A program made the position numbers and the translations under genes. From NCBI GenBank assembly GCA_039586095.1, contig JBDHLB010000003.1, forward strand, positions 827-64,826: a stretch of 64,000 bases of DNA, read 5' to 3'. The notes below the pieces were generated by a model. That model worked only from the letters and a program-made list of their open reading frames with translations, did not search any database and had not been told where the DNA came from. Origin of the DNA: Gemmatimonadota bacterium. GTDB lineage: Bacteria; Gemmatimonadota; Gemmatimonadetes; Palauibacterales; Palauibacteraceae. Below, in pieces: positions 9,991 through 18,256 of this stretch (the stretch's first letter is position 1; each line of letters opens with the position of its first letter).

Positions 9991-10730
9991 ACAACGAAAA
10001 GGACACCCTCCCGAAGCTTCTCGCTGCCCTCGACGAGGTGCAGGTCGAGGGACTCCAGGAGGTGATCGTCGTCGACAACGGCTCGACGGATAGTACGGTC
10101 GACGTCGCTCGTGCCGCCGGCGCGCGGGTCGCGACCGAGCCGCGGCTCGGGTACGGGAGCGCCTGCCGGGGAGGGATCGAGACGCTGGCGGCGGAGAACC
10201 GCGAGCCGGATGTGCTGGTGTTCCTCGATGCCGACGACGGCCTGGCTCCGGCGCAGATCCACACGCTCCTGGCCCCCATCCGAGATGGACGAGCCGACAT
10301 GGTCGTGGGTGAGCGACGCGCGCTCCGTCGAGCTGGAGTGCGCCTCCACGCCGCGCTCGGGAATCGGCTGGTCCTCGGCGTGCTGCACGGTCTGTACGGC
10401 GATCGAACGCGAGACATGGGGCCTTTCCGCGCGATCCGGTGGGATTGCCTCATGGCCCTGTCGCTGGACGACCCGGACTTCGGGTGGTACGTGCAGATGC
10501 AGGTGCGGGCGCTCCGCGCGGGCTACCGTGTGATGGGTCTTCCCGTCGCGTTCCAACGCCGGGAAGGAGGCGCTTCGAAAGTGTCGGGATCGATCAGCGG
10601 ATCGGTGGCCGCCGCCCGGGGGATGTTGCGAGCGCTCGTGCGCGAGACGTGCCGCCGGCACCCGGATCATTCTCCCTACTCGTCGCTCGGGAGGGGGCCG
10701 CGCGAGCGGACTATCCGAGCACGGAGGTAA
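9933..10730 (+). CDS. Family-2 glycosyltransferase, polyprenyl-phosphate sugar synthase-like (DPM1/GtrB/ArnC type)
   Basis: VAVLIPAYNEKDTLPKLL, VIVVDNGSTDSTVDVA, VFLDADD. ATG 9933 is preceded by GGAGAA. The ORF track starts at 9888. Confidence 0.82.
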   Translation: MHSSRRPTADLCVAVLIPAYNEKDTLPKLLAALDEVQVEGLQEVIVVDNGSTDSTVDVARAAGARVATEPRLGYGSACRGGIETLAAENREPDVLVFLDADDGLAPAQIHTLLAPIRDGRADMVVGERRALRRAGVRLHAALGNRLVLGVLHGLYGDRTRDMGPFRAIRWDCLMALSLDDPDFGWYVQMQVRALRAGYRVMGLPVAFQRREGGASKVSGSISGSVAAARGMLRALVRETCRRHPDHSPYSSLGRGPRERTIRARR

Positions 10731-11022
10731 GAAGCTGCCGCAACATGGAGCGTGGGAATTCGCTCGCCCGCCGGACCACCTCCTCGGCCGTCTCTTCGAC
10801 CAGGAGCGGCGCCGTGTCGTAGCGATCCTCGCCCGAGCGGAAGGACAGTCGACCATGGACCAGGTCGCCCGTCACCGGCTCGATGAGCACGTGAAGATCC
10901 CACATAACACCGGAGTCTTCGAACCGGCCTAGCGATGCCTCCCGGGCCTCATCCTCCCACATCTGAAGCTGAGGACGTCGGGGCTTGCCATTGCCGTCGG
11001 GACCGTTCGGGTGCTTCGCCAT
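10711..11022 (-). CDS. Hypothetical protein (103 aa)
   Basis: The ORF has a protein-like composition, whereas the opposite-strand ORF is R/L-rich. It is the last gene of a same-strand trio. I recognise no family. Confidence 0.45.
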   Translation of the reverse strand: MAKHPNGPDGNGKPRRPQLQMWEDEAREASLGRFEDSGVMWDLHVLIEPVTGDLVHGRLSFRSGEDRYDTAPLLVEETAEEVVRRASEFPRSMLRQLLTSVLG

Positions 11023-11032
11023 CCGTTACGAT

Positions 11033-11503
11033 TCAGTCGCTGTTGTTCTCCGGATCGCTTTCCGCCACCAGCTCTTCCCACAGGCCCAGCAGCTGAGACT
11101 CGAAGCGCTCCGGGTCCTCACGGTACTCACGGCTCCAGGTCGTGAAGTCGGGCAACGGAACGCTCTTCCGAAGCTCCTGCGTCGCCAGCCTCACCATATC
11201 GGTGAACCCGAGGGCGCCAGGCTCCGTGCCCGTGGCGCGTGCGGCTTCGTGGACCAGCTCATAGATGCGCTCGTCAGAGAGTGCGAGGAAGACCTCCGTG
11301 AGCTGAGCGGAACAGAAATCGACGTACTTCGCCCGGAGGACGGGATCCGTCTCTCCGTTCAAACCCGCGCGACTCCTCCCCGTCTGATCCACCCGTCCTG
11401 CACCTGAGTCCGCTGGTGACTGGCTGGTAGCGCCAACGATGGTGCCACCGCCGATGTATGGCTCAACAGGCCGGGCGTCAACTCCGGACGCCTCCAGAGC
11501 CAA
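11033..11503 (-). CDS. Hypothetical protein (up to 156 aa; N-terminal ~50 aa low complexity, start uncertain)
   Basis: The C-terminal ~100 aa look helical and acidic (DPVLRAKYVDFCSAQLTEVFLALSDERIYELVHEAA...). It ends 10 nt upstream of the next ORF. I recognise no family. Confidence 0.45.
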   Translation of the reverse strand: MALEASGVDARPVEPYIGGGTIVGATSQSPADSGAGRVDQTGRSRAGLNGETDPVLRAKYVDFCSAQLTEVFLALSDERIYELVHEAARATGTEPGALGFTDMVRLATQELRKSVPLPDFTTWSREYREDPERFESQLLGLWEELVAESDPENNSD

Positions 11504-11600
11504 AGCACCGCGTCTGATGAGATGAGTCCGACGTGGGGCTCAGGGCGTGCCCGCACGCGCATTACGCGACGGGCCGATAGAACGGAAAGGCGGGCTCGAA

Positions 11601-11798
11601 TCAGGGAGACTGAGGAGAAGGCTCCACGAGCTCTGCGGGAAGTGTGCTGTCCAGCTCCTGAAATACGATGCGACGCGCCAACGCGTAGCGAATCGCTTTG
11701 CCGAAGAACTCCGGATTGCGGCTTCGAACCTCGTCGAGGTCATCCGCCAGATCACGCGGAAGGTCCACCGTGAGTGCGACGGATCGGGTATCCCCCAT
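11601..11798 (-). CDS. Ribbon-helix-helix (CopG/MetJ-like) small DNA-binding protein
   Basis: 65 aa. The beta-strand-like SVALTVDLPRDLADDLDEV is followed by a helix, FFGKAIRYALARR, which is the typical RHH layout. It is the first gene of the minus-strand trio. Confidence 0.5.
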   Translation of the reverse strand: MGDTRSVALTVDLPRDLADDLDEVRSRNPEFFGKAIRYALARRIVFQELDSTLPAELVEPSPQSP

Positions 11799-12270
11799 TG
11801 ATGCGAGCGTCCTGAAAAAAGTATGAATTTGTCCAGTTTACGTTGGCCCGAGTCGACGAAAGCGATGGCCGCGCAACGCACTCGTTACTCGGGACGAAGA
11901 GTATAGAAAGGTCCTCCGACGGTGGCAAGACGGGGCCAGGCCTCGAACCGAAGGTGTCGCGTCGATGGCGGCCCCATAACTGTTTTGATTGTATTCGCTT
12001 ACACAGATGTTAACGGAATGTTGATACGTGGCACGCTCAGTGTGGATTCTGAGCGATCTGCATACGGCGCACCTGGCCGCTACAACGTCCGGATGGTCGG
12101 AATACAAGGCGTTCCCGGGAGTGCGGCCTCCGAGTCGACTCGCGTATTGTACTGCGTATTTTTTCAAAACTATCGACAGCTCACACGGCGCCGTTTGGCA
12201 GCGGCGAGGAGGCTGAAGGGATTCGGCCGCCCGGCGTGAGGCCTTTGTCGACGGACGCTGTTGCCGCACA

Positions 12271-13797
12271 TTGGCTCGCGTGAAACGCACGCGGTGGTTC
12301 GGGGTCGCAACGGCGGTCGTCCTCATCGGAGCCGGCCTGTTCATGTCGGGTCGGTTTCCGTCGCAGGGTGCGCACTACGGCTTCTGGTCCGTGCTTCCCT
12401 CACTGGTGGCGATCGTGCTCGCGTTCGCCCTGCGTGAGGTGATCTCGGCCCTGTTCATCGGCGTGCTCCTCGGGGGCGTGATCAGCGGCCGCCTCAACGT
12501 CGTGCAGGAGTTTCTCATCCCGTCGATCGGCTCACCCGAGTTCGGACTCATTCTGCTCGTGTACCTGTGGGCTCTGGGCGGATTGATCGGCATGTGGACT
12601 CGCACCGGCGGAGCGCTCCGTTTCGCGGAGTGGGCGGGGAGCCGTGTCGCGGTGGGGCCGAAGTCGGCCAAGTTCTTTGCCTGGATGATGGGACTGGTAT
12701 TTCATCAGGGGGGCACGATCTCGACCGTGCTGACCGGCGCGACGGTGCGGCCGGTGGCCGACCGACACCGCGTCGCGCACGAGGAACTGGCGTATGTGGT
12801 CGACTCGACGGCCTCGCCCGCCGCTACGATCATTCCGTTCAACGTGTGGCCGATCTACGTGGGCGGACTGGTAGCCGGCACCGTTCCCTTGCTGGCGACC
12901 CAGGAACAGGCGATCGCGTTCTTCTTTCGCGCGCTTCCGTTCAACTTTTACGCGATCTTCGCGGTCCTCTTCACGCTGCTCTTCTCGCTGGACCGGCTTC
13001 CGTTCCTGCCCGGGAGACGGATGGTGAAGGCCCAGCGCCGGGCGCGTGAGGAGGGTCTGCTCGATCGGCCGGGGGCCGAGCCGCTGGCGGCCGAGGAGCT
13101 GCGGACCACCCAGATCCCTGATGGCTATCAGCCGAGTCTCGTCGACTTCCTCGGGCCGATCGGCACGCTGCTGGGAGTGGCGATCATTCCGTACGTGGTG
13201 ACGTTCTACGGCCTGGGGAACCGGGAGACTCCGCTGCTGCCGATCGCCGAGGCTTTCGTACTCGCCGTCCTCGCAGCGATGGCCATCGCGCTGGCGAGGG
13301 GCATGCGTCTGGCCGACGTGATCGGGGGGTTCGTGTCGGGGTGCAAGGGGGTGACGATCGGCGCGATCGTGCTCGCCCTCGCCGTCACCCTCAAGTCGGT
13401 GGCGGATGCGGTCGGCACGGCGCCTTACATCGTCGAGACGCTGGGAGAGGCGGTGCCGCCGCTCCTGCTGCCCGCGGCGCTGCTGGTTCTGTGCATGCTG
13501 GTCGCGTTCTCGACGGGCACGTCTTGGGGTACGTACGCCGTGATCTTCCCTGTCGCGCTTCCCCTGGCCTGGGCCGTTCAGCCTGACCCGGGCTTCCTCG
13601 CCCTGTGCTTCGGCGCGGTGACGGGTGGTAGCGCGTTCGGTGACCAGTGCTCCCCGATCTCCGACACCACGATTCTCTCTTCACTGGCCACCGGGTGCGA
13701 CCTGATGGATCACGTGTTCACCCAGCTGCCCATGGCCCTCGGGGCTGCGGGACTGGCAGCCGGCCTTTACGTGTTGCTGGCGGGATTCGTTCTGTAG
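12271..13797 (+). CDS. NhaC-family (Na+/H+ antiporter-like) membrane transporter
   Basis: About 12 TM helices with NhaC-type segments (FHQGGTISTVLTG, FGDQCSPISDTTILSS). Start is TTG 12271 or GTG 12280. Confidence 0.8.
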   Translation: MARVKRTRWFGVATAVVLIGAGLFMSGRFPSQGAHYGFWSVLPSLVAIVLAFALREVISALFIGVLLGGVISGRLNVVQEFLIPSIGSPEFGLILLVYLWALGGLIGMWTRTGGALRFAEWAGSRVAVGPKSAKFFAWMMGLVFHQGGTISTVLTGATVRPVADRHRVAHEELAYVVDSTASPAATIIPFNVWPIYVGGLVAGTVPLLATQEQAIAFFFRALPFNFYAIFAVLFTLLFSLDRLPFLPGRRMVKAQRRAREEGLLDRPGAEPLAAEELRTTQIPDGYQPSLVDFLGPIGTLLGVAIIPYVVTFYGLGNRETPLLPIAEAFVLAVLAAMAIALARGMRLADVIGGFVSGCKGVTIGAIVLALAVTLKSVADAVGTAPYIVETLGEAVPPLLLPAALLVLCMLVAFSTGTSWGTYAVIFPVALPLAWAVQPDPGFLALCFGAVTGGSAFGDQCSPISDTTILSSLATGCDLMDHVFTQLPMALGAAGLAAGLYVLLAGFVL

Positions 13798-13831
13798 CTG
13801 CGTGCTGCGCTGCCTCGCTCGGCGCACGCGT

Positions 13832-14068
13832 CTATCGGCCGGCGGCGATCGTGGGCTCGAGTTTGCGATCAAATACGCGCTCGAACATGCGGCCCTTCTT
13901 CTTCAACGCCCATTGCTCCAACAGCAGGCTGCCTTCGCCGGCCGCGAATCGGATTGCGTTCGATCCGATGTCGACAGCAGCCACGCGGAGGGGAAACACG
14001 ACGACGCCCGAGTCGCCGATCTCGGCCTGCTCGTCCGCCATCTCGCCGGCTGTCATCGAGGGAGGCAT
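13832..14068 (-). CDS. Small hypothetical protein (78 aa) with a Ppx/GppA-like N-terminal motif, possibly a gene remnant
   Basis: ATG 14068 follows GAAAGAAGG. It contains RVAAVDIGSNAIRF, which resembles the first phosphate-binding motif of Ppx/GppA (ASKHA fold). No continuation is seen in any frame. Confidence 0.3.
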   Translation of the reverse strand: MPPSMTAGEMADEQAEIGDSGVVVFPLRVAAVDIGSNAIRFAAGEGSLLLEQWALKKKGRMFERVFDRKLEPTIAAGR

Positions 14069-14217
14069 CGGACCTTCTTTCGCGCAGATGGGGCCACCGC
14101 CGCGGCCTCCGGAGGTGCGTGTCGCGAGACGAGACGCCAGATTCCGAAGCTGTCGAGACCGGTCGACGGCGGCAAGCGCCGTCGGTCGTATCGGACAATC
14201 AGCGGGGAGGCGGGCAC

Positions 14218-15042
14218 ATGAGCGGAAGCGGAGACGCTTCGGCGTTGATCCTCGGCGCATCCAGCGGGTTCGGTGAGGCCGCCGCGCGGGCGTTCGCCAG
14301 CGCGGGCTACGACATCTTCGGTGTGCACCTGGATCGGCGAGCCGGGTTGCAGCGCGTCGAGGAGATCTGCGCGGACATCGAGGCGACCGGTCGGAGGGCG
14401 GAGTTCTACAACGTGAACGCGGCAGCGGCCGAGAAACGGGATGCGGTCCTGGATCGGATCGCCGAGACGGCCGCCCCTGGTTCGGTGCGCGTGCTGCTCC
14501 ACTCTCTGGCCTTCGGCACGCTGGCTCGCTACTGGAGCGAGGGAGGTGCCCCTCCCATCACGCCCGACCAGATGAACATGACGCTCGATGTGATGGCGCA
14601 TTCGCTGGTCTATTGGGCGCAGGGGCTGCTCGAGCGTGGCCTGATGGGCGAAGGGGGACGGATCTACGCCATGACGAGTTCCGGCGGTGATCGCGTGATC
14701 CCATCCTACGGGGCCGTATCGGCGGCCAAGGCTGCCCTCGAGTCTCACTGTCGCCAGCTCGCGCTGGAGCTCGCACCGCTCGGCATCACCGCCAACGCGA
14801 TCCGGGCCGGCGTGACGGATACCCCGGCCCTGAGGAAGATCCCGGGCGCGGCCGTGATGATCGAGGAGGCCACCCGCCACAACCCGTACGGCCGTCTCAC
14901 CAGTCCCGAGGATGTCGCCACGTGTCTGGTGGAGCTCGCCCGCTCCGGCACTTCGTGGATGACCGGAAACACGATCCGGGTGGATGGCGGCGAGGACTTC
15001 GTCGCCGCACGTCCGGCGGAGGAAGGAGACGCGGAGCGATGA
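14218..15042 (+). CDS. Short-chain dehydrogenase/reductase (enoyl-ACP-reductase-like SDR)
   Basis: ATG 14218 follows GGGGAGG. The dinucleotide motif is LILGASSGFGEAAA and the catalytic motif is YGAVSAAK (YxxxK). The upstream part of the listed ORF (13954-) is R-rich and unlikely to be coding. Confidence 0.85.
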   Translation: MSGSGDASALILGASSGFGEAAARAFASAGYDIFGVHLDRRAGLQRVEEICADIEATGRRAEFYNVNAAAAEKRDAVLDRIAETAAPGSVRVLLHSLAFGTLARYWSEGGAPPITPDQMNMTLDVMAHSLVYWAQGLLERGLMGEGGRIYAMTSSGGDRVIPSYGAVSAAKAALESHCRQLALELAPLGITANAIRAGVTDTPALRKIPGAAVMIEEATRHNPYGRLTSPEDVATCLVELARSGTSWMTGNTIRVDGGEDFVAARPAEEGDAER

Positions 15043-15260
15043 GCACGCTGGGCGAGACGGGTCGGGACGCCTTACGGCTCGTGGGCGAGGTGGCGAAGCA
15101 TGAGGCGCGGATGCTGAAGAAGGAGGTTCGACGTCCGTGGGTCGAGGGCGACCAGACGTCGATCGGTTCGTTCGGCCGGTGGCTCGGTCTCGGACTCGCG
15201 CTCGGCGCCGTTCTGGGCGGGATCGCCCTGGCGTTCTATGCCGAGCGACCGTGGGAGTAG
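15039..15260 (+). CDS. Small membrane protein (73 aa)
   Basis: ATGA start/stop overlap with the SDR gene. There is a single C-terminal TM, WLGLGLALGAVLGGIALAFY. Confidence 0.45.
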   Translation: MSTLGETGRDALRLVGEVAKHEARMLKKEVRRPWVEGDQTSIGSFGRWLGLGLALGAVLGGIALAFYAERPWE

Positions 15261-16125
15261 CCCGGCACGCGTGATCCAGGTCTGCGGAGTACAGCTTGCC
15301 CCTGAGAAGGGCGCGGCCCTCTCCAACGCCGAGCGCGTCGCCGGCGAGATCCACGCGGCCAAGTCAGAGGGCGCGGCGCTCGTCGTCTTTCCCGAGGCGA
15401 TACTGACCGGGTACGTGTTCGACAGCCGCGCCGAAGCCCTGGAAGCCGCGGTGGAGAGCGACGGTCCGGAAGTGGCGTTGCTGGCCGACGCGTGCGCCGG
15501 GACCGGCGCATGGGCGGTCTTCGGGCTGATCGAGCGTGCCGGCGACCAGCTGTTTAACGCGGCCCTCGTCATGGGCCCGAGTGGGCTCGTCGGTAGTTAT
15601 CGGAAGGTGCACACGCTCTGCCTCGGCGTGGACCGCTTCACGCGGCCGGGGGACGGACCTTTCACCGTGTTCGAGCTGCCGTTCGGGCGACTCGGCGTGC
15701 ACATCTGCTACGACGGGAGCTTTCCCGAGAGCGCCCGCACCCTGCGTCTGCTGGGTGCTCAGCTCCTTCTGCTCCCCACCAACTGGCCCGACCTGCGTCT
15801 CAAGCGAGAAATGGTCCAGGTGCGGGCCTACGAGAATCACGTGGCCTACTTCGCGGTGAACCGAATCGGGACGGAGGACGGCGTGCGCTTCGACGGAGGA
15901 AGCTGTGCGGCAGACGCCGACGGGCGTTTGCTGCTCGAGGCGGGAGCCGAGCCCGGCCGATACCACGTCGAGTTCGACGTGGCCGCTTCAGATCCGAGTC
16001 GGGTGGTGGTGCGCGAAGGCGAATACGAGCTCGACTACCTTGGGGATCGGCGGCCCGAACGCTACACGCCGATGTTCGAGCCCGTGCCGGAAGCGGGGAA
16101 GACGGGAAGCCGCCGTTCCGACTAG
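15238..16125 (+). CDS. Carbon-nitrogen hydrolase (nitrilase superfamily)
   Basis: The E-K-C triad contexts are LVVFPEAILTGY, YRKVH and ICYDGSFPE. In-frame GTG 15271 (VIQVCGVQLAP) is an alternative start. Confidence 0.85.
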   Translation: MPSDRGSSPARVIQVCGVQLAPEKGAALSNAERVAGEIHAAKSEGAALVVFPEAILTGYVFDSRAEALEAAVESDGPEVALLADACAGTGAWAVFGLIERAGDQLFNAALVMGPSGLVGSYRKVHTLCLGVDRFTRPGDGPFTVFELPFGRLGVHICYDGSFPESARTLRLLGAQLLLLPTNWPDLRLKREMVQVRAYENHVAYFAVNRIGTEDGVRFDGGSCAADADGRLLLEAGAEPGRYHVEFDVAASDPSRVVVREGEYELDYLGDRRPERYTPMFEPVPEAGKTGSRRSD

Positions 16126-17607
16126 CTAGGATCCGATCACCAGCACGACGTCGATGCGGCGGTTTCTGGCTCGTCCATCCGCCGTGTCGTTCGAGGCCAC
16201 AGGTCGTTCTTCACCGAACCCGACGGCCGCCAACCGATCGGCGCTGATCGGCATGTTGGCCAGCAGGTACTCGCGCACAGCGAACGCCCGTCGTCGGCTC
16301 AACGCGAGGTTCGAGGCATCGTTGCCGCGCGAGTCGGTGTGTCCCTCGATCGTGGCGGGAGCTTCCGGAAACTCGCTCAGTACGCGCTGGACCTTCGTGA
16401 GCAGCGGATAGAGCTCCGGGTCGATCTCCGAGGAGCCGGTGGCGAACGTCATGCCCGTGAGACGAAGGGTCAGGCGATCGCTCGTCGCCACCACCTCGCC
16501 CTCCTCCGCGAGAAAGATCGCCGCGACCTCCCGGATCTTCTGCTCCCGCCTCTCGCGCGCCCGCAGGCGCGCCGCGACGTCGGCCTCCCGTGCCTCGAGC
16601 TGCGCCAGCCGGACCTCGAGCGTGTCGACTCGAGCGCGCAGGGCCGTGCTCTGACGTTGCTCCGTCTCCAGGCGATCTCCCAGATCGGCCCTCTCTTCCA
16701 GCAGACGCCGGATGTCGGCCAAAAGCAGGAGTGCTGCCGGGTCGGTGCCGGCAGAGTAATCCGCCTCCACTCCGAGTGCGTCCGCTATCGCATCCAGCTC
16801 CGCCTCGTGACGAGCGACGACTTGCTCGACGGATAGCAGGCGGCTGTTCACGCTGTCGGTGATGGCGGCCAGGATGGCGGCGCGCCGGAACCCGGCAGAG
16901 GCGCTCGCTGCGATCGAGACGGCTTCCTCTCGCCGGCTTCGATCGGTCGCCAACAGGCGATCGGCTTCCGTCAGCCGCTCGACGGCCTCACCGAACGCCG
17001 CGGGCGCCAGGTCGGGGGCCCGCGCTCCGGTGGCCCCGTCTCTGGCAGTCCACGCATCGCCCAGAACGGAGACACGAACCGCTTCCCGTTCGGCCTCGGC
17101 GAACAGGCCGGCCGCTCGCTCGGCCAACAGGGCTGCCTCGTCCGGGTCACTGCTCTCCAGCCGTCGGCCTGCGTCGAGCAGCGTCTCCTGTGCGTTCCGC
17201 CAGGCCCCGGGTACCCATTGCGGAGCGGCCTCATCGAGCGCGGTCGCGCGGGTGCGGAGGGCCGGTCCCAACAGGCGCTCCCCATCGGCACGCAAACGTT
17301 CGGCCTCCTCCAGGTATCGACGGGCGTCGACCAGCCGAGAGAGCACGTCCTCCACCCGGCTCCCGTTCGCGTGTCGTTCCCTCGCGTCCGCCAGCCGCTC
17401 GCTGGCCCGCTCGTAGTTGCGAGGGGAGATCAGGTCCAGCTGCGCGCGCTGAGCAGCCGCCAGACGCTCGGCCACTTCCTGCAGCTCCCCTTCGACCCCT
17501 TGTGCCTGCAGGCCGCTGCACAGCACGACCGGCAGCATCGCACAGAGGCCGGCACGCATCCACCGGCGGCACGGAAGAAGGCGCCCGCCGGCGGCCCCAA
17601 GCGACAT
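16126..17607 (-). CDS. OmpA-family protein with a long helical/coiled-coil N-terminal region
   Basis: ATG 17607 is preceded by GGAGG. The signal peptide is ...AMLPVVLCSGLQAQG. About 350 aa are A/E/R/L-rich helical sequence. The C-terminal OmpA domain reads TFATGSSEIDPELYPLL...IEGHTDSRGNDASNLALSRRRAFAVREYL. The ORF-track version (to 18123) overruns the neighbouring gene. Confidence 0.85.
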   Translation of the reverse strand: MSLGAAGGRLLPCRRWMRAGLCAMLPVVLCSGLQAQGVEGELQEVAERLAAAQRAQLDLISPRNYERASERLADARERHANGSRVEDVLSRLVDARRYLEEAERLRADGERLLGPALRTRATALDEAAPQWVPGAWRNAQETLLDAGRRLESSDPDEAALLAERAAGLFAEAEREAVRVSVLGDAWTARDGATGARAPDLAPAAFGEAVERLTEADRLLATDRSRREEAVSIAASASAGFRRAAILAAITDSVNSRLLSVEQVVARHEAELDAIADALGVEADYSAGTDPAALLLLADIRRLLEERADLGDRLETEQRQSTALRARVDTLEVRLAQLEAREADVAARLRARERREQKIREVAAIFLAEEGEVVATSDRLTLRLTGMTFATGSSEIDPELYPLLTKVQRVLSEFPEAPATIEGHTDSRGNDASNLALSRRRAFAVREYLLANMPISADRLAAVGFGEERPVASNDTADGRARNRRIDVVLVIGS

Positions 17608-17609
17608 GG

Positions 17610-18185
17610 TCAGGCCTCCGCCCCGGTCAGCAGGCTTTTTTCGATCACCGCCACAAGCTCCTCCAGGGTCGTGAGTCCCTTGTCCCGGGCGTACCAACGA
17701 CGCGTTTCCCTGTAGATCTCCTTCTTCGACAGCCGTTCCGCACCTTTCTCCGCGAGCACGTATTCTTGCAGTCCGGCCGGGCGAGGCCCCCAGCGGCCAA
17801 CGGGCCGGAGCTCCTCGTCCAGCACGATGGCGACCGGGATGGAACGCGATCCGTTCGTCAGATAGCGATCCATCAACTCCGGGTTCTCGTCCCGCTTCAG
17901 GATGCGGAGCTCGACGCTGTCCGCGCCCTCCGCGAGGCGCGCCAGGATGGGGACCGTGTTCGAGGCGTCGCCGCACCAGTCTTCCGACAGCACCAGGAGT
18001 TTCCATTTCGACCCTGTCTGCTCGACCCTCTGGGCCGCCCACAACGGGACGCGGGCCCGTCGGTAGACCCCTTCCCAGAGATCCCGGTGCTCGACCACCT
18101 CTTCCTCGAAATATCGCGCCCACGGCAGGGCGCGTCTCCAGTATCCGGCGTAATCCAACTCCCGCTCGGGAGCCATGTCATTCAC
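17610..18185 (-). CDS. Thioredoxin-fold family protein (single-Cys WCGD motif)
   Basis: KLLVLSEDWCGDASNTVPILARL lies at the position of the thioredoxin active site. The stop is 2 nt from the OmpA start. Confidence 0.75.
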   Translation of the reverse strand: MNDMAPERELDYAGYWRRALPWARYFEEEVVEHRDLWEGVYRRARVPLWAAQRVEQTGSKWKLLVLSEDWCGDASNTVPILARLAEGADSVELRILKRDENPELMDRYLTNGSRSIPVAIVLDEELRPVGRWGPRPAGLQEYVLAEKGAERLSKKEIYRETRRWYARDKGLTTLEELVAVIEKSLLTGAEA

Positions 18186-18256
18186 CTCATCGCATGGTAG
18201 TTTTCAGGTCCTACGCTTCAACCTGCACATACACAGTAGCAAGAGGGGGGACATAG

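Noticed and set aside
11880-12270. Possible lysine or glycine riboswitch, RNase P RNA, tmRNA or SRP RNA in the long gap upstream of the NhaC-like gene
   Set aside because: I found isolated look-alike fragments (AGAGTAT, ACCGAAGG, GGCAAGACGG). They are in the wrong order or spacing, and hallmark elements such as the L-box CUGUCA and the RNase P GGAAAGUCCGG are absent. The region is kept only as an unexplained gap in the findings.
14053-15354. 433-aa minus-strand ORF opposite the SDR and small membrane protein genes
   Set aside because: It is an antisense shadow ORF, R/G/P-rich, with no domain signature.
16120-16131. CTAGCTAG palindrome at the junction of the convergent C-N hydrolase and OmpA genes
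   Set aside because: It is simply two abutting TAG stop codons on opposite strands, not a regulatory element.
17608-18123. Long N-terminal extension of the OmpA ORF as listed (665 aa). Similar extensions occur on the fadB-like gene (to 35344), the DUF402 gene (to 33401) and the CRTAC1 gene (to 57775).
   Set aside because: The extensions overlap neighbouring real genes or are R/G-rich. Internal ATG/GTG codons with signal peptides or RBS-like sequences give normal-length proteins.
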